64,000 bases of DNA from the human T2T-CHM13v2.0 reference genome, Homo sapiens: the NCBI RefSeq assembly GCF_009914755.1, contig NC_060936.1; one strand, written 5' to 3'. Shown here in pieces: positions 63,521 through 64,000 of this stretch. How positions within the stretch are numbered: position 1 is the stretch's first letter; the number at the start of each line of letters is the position of its first letter. A model generated the notes under the pieces. That model saw only the letters and a list, made by a program, of their open reading frames with translations, made no database searches and had not been told where the DNA came from. Made by a program: the position numbers and the translations under genes.

Positions 63521-64000
63521 TTAAATAACCACAGCTTGAAAATAGCAACCCGAGTTTCTATGAGGAAAAATGGGCAGTTTTCTCACTGAATTTTTAACAC
63601 AGTCTATGCCAAATTTAGTACTTATTGCTGCAACCCATATTCTCATCTTGACCATAAGCAGGTTGGATGGGTTATATCTGGTGGATTGTGCTTTTATTTG
63701 GGGAGTTGGGAGTGTAGGCAGATACCTAACATGTATGGTGTATTTTTTCTTTTATTCATACAGAAATCTTATGTTAGTAGGTACATATCTCTATTCTATA
63801 GTAGAGTGAGGGCTCAGGAGTTATTAATTTCTTAAGGACATAGCTACCCCTCACTATACCATTCTTCTCATTCCTACTTTTCTAGCATCTCAAAACATAA
63901 ATCCTCAGAAATTAAAAACTTGACAAGTTGCTGTTTCCATCTGTTCTCTCCAGTTAGAAGTTCTCTTCACAGATATCATACCCTTTCTCTTAGCCATAAC

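Overview
Primate (human-like) genomic DNA holding the 5' part of PPHLN1 (periphilin-1, a HUSH complex subunit) on the + strand. It opens with a CpG-rich promoter (ETS and CRE-like motifs; from recall, shared head-to-head with ZCRB1) and non-coding exon 1. Six coding exons follow (9840-9911, 25826-25990, 29102-29163, 48802-49013, 58870-58926, 61386-61465); I spliced them by hand into a stop-free 216-codon frame, MWSEGRYEY...SAVSSSK. The rest of the gene lies beyond the window. The introns are packed with Alu, L1, L2, MIR and DNA-transposon relics, two oppositely oriented HERV-K(HML-2) LTR5A/B-type solo LTRs, a full-length antisense SVA, two ERVL LTRs and an apparent U19/SNORA74-family H/ACA snoRNA retrocopy. 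Four observations stand out. (1) The start codon is assembled by splicing: the last base of the upstream exon makes GUG or AUG, and candidate 43-nt and 86-nt exons would change the N-terminus. (2) A sense LTR with an intact AATAAA sits 183 bp after a weak exon-7 donor and could cut periphilin off before its TASOR-binding C-terminus. (3) Complementary HML-2-derived sequences bracket exons 3-7, whose circle would be a stop-free 576-nt ORF. (4) A 152-bp palindrome has mismatches biased toward G-U on the sense strand. Items 2-3 suggest an unproven feedback loop in which retroelements inside a HUSH gene tune HUSH itself. Repeat subfamily names are from visual recognition, and many repeat boundaries are approximate.
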